IMG/VR virus record: IMGVR_UViG_3300029891_000010
Location: 1 to 25,443 of that record
Source of the DNA: a virus
Taxonomy: Duplodnaviria > Caudoviricetes
Direction: 5' to 3' (one strand)
Length of the DNA: 25,443 nucleotides
Shown here: positions 25,443-25,443 of the stretch, in pieces
Position numbering within the stretch: position 1 is the first letter of the stretch
Layout of the letters: each line of letters starts with the position of its first letter
Position numbers and translations under genes: made by a program
The notes under the pieces: model-generated
What the model saw: only the letters and a program-made list of their open reading frames with translations
Databases searched by the model: none
Told to the model about the DNA's origin: nothing

Positions 25443-25443
25443 G

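Noticed and set aside
1-25443. tRNA, rRNA, integrase or transposase
   Set aside because: None recognised by eye; intergenic gaps are short. A tRNA and covariance-model scan would be needed to exclude small RNAs.

Overview
Segment of a tailed dsDNA phage genome. All credible genes lie on the minus strand and are tightly packed, many with ATGA/TGATG overlaps. Reading right to left: the end of a lysis module (membrane protein, GH108 endolysin); an AT-rich, repeat-rich intergenic region; a replication/nucleotide block (SNF2-like helicase, SSB-like protein, RecD/Dda-like helicase, class II ribonucleotide reductase); a thymidine-modification cluster (5-hmdU DNA kinase-like protein, GT-B glycosyltransferase, dUMP hydroxymethylase, HD nucleotidase, DUF3310 protein); family A DNA polymerase; a low-GC HNH endonuclease; an FkbM methyltransferase; dCTP deaminase; a nuclease; a frameshifted double-HTH gene; primase-helicase; ATP-dependent ligase; and small accessory genes. 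The gene set resembles YuA/M6/phiJL001-like siphoviruses. A VPLPA-CTERM-type sorting signal suggests a Rhodobacterales host (inference). Most notable: (1) a 5-hmdU hypermodification cluster with a kinase and a glycosyltransferase but no amino acid:DNA transferase in the window, possibly completed by the FkbM methyltransferase; (2) a phage-encoded exosortase substrate paired with a lipoprotein behind a promoter-like site; (3) a bipartite 60-bp inverted repeat bracketing the 7.3-kb polymerase-to-primase block; (4) an apparently circularly permuted GHKL ATPase. All family calls come from motifs read by eye; no searches were run.
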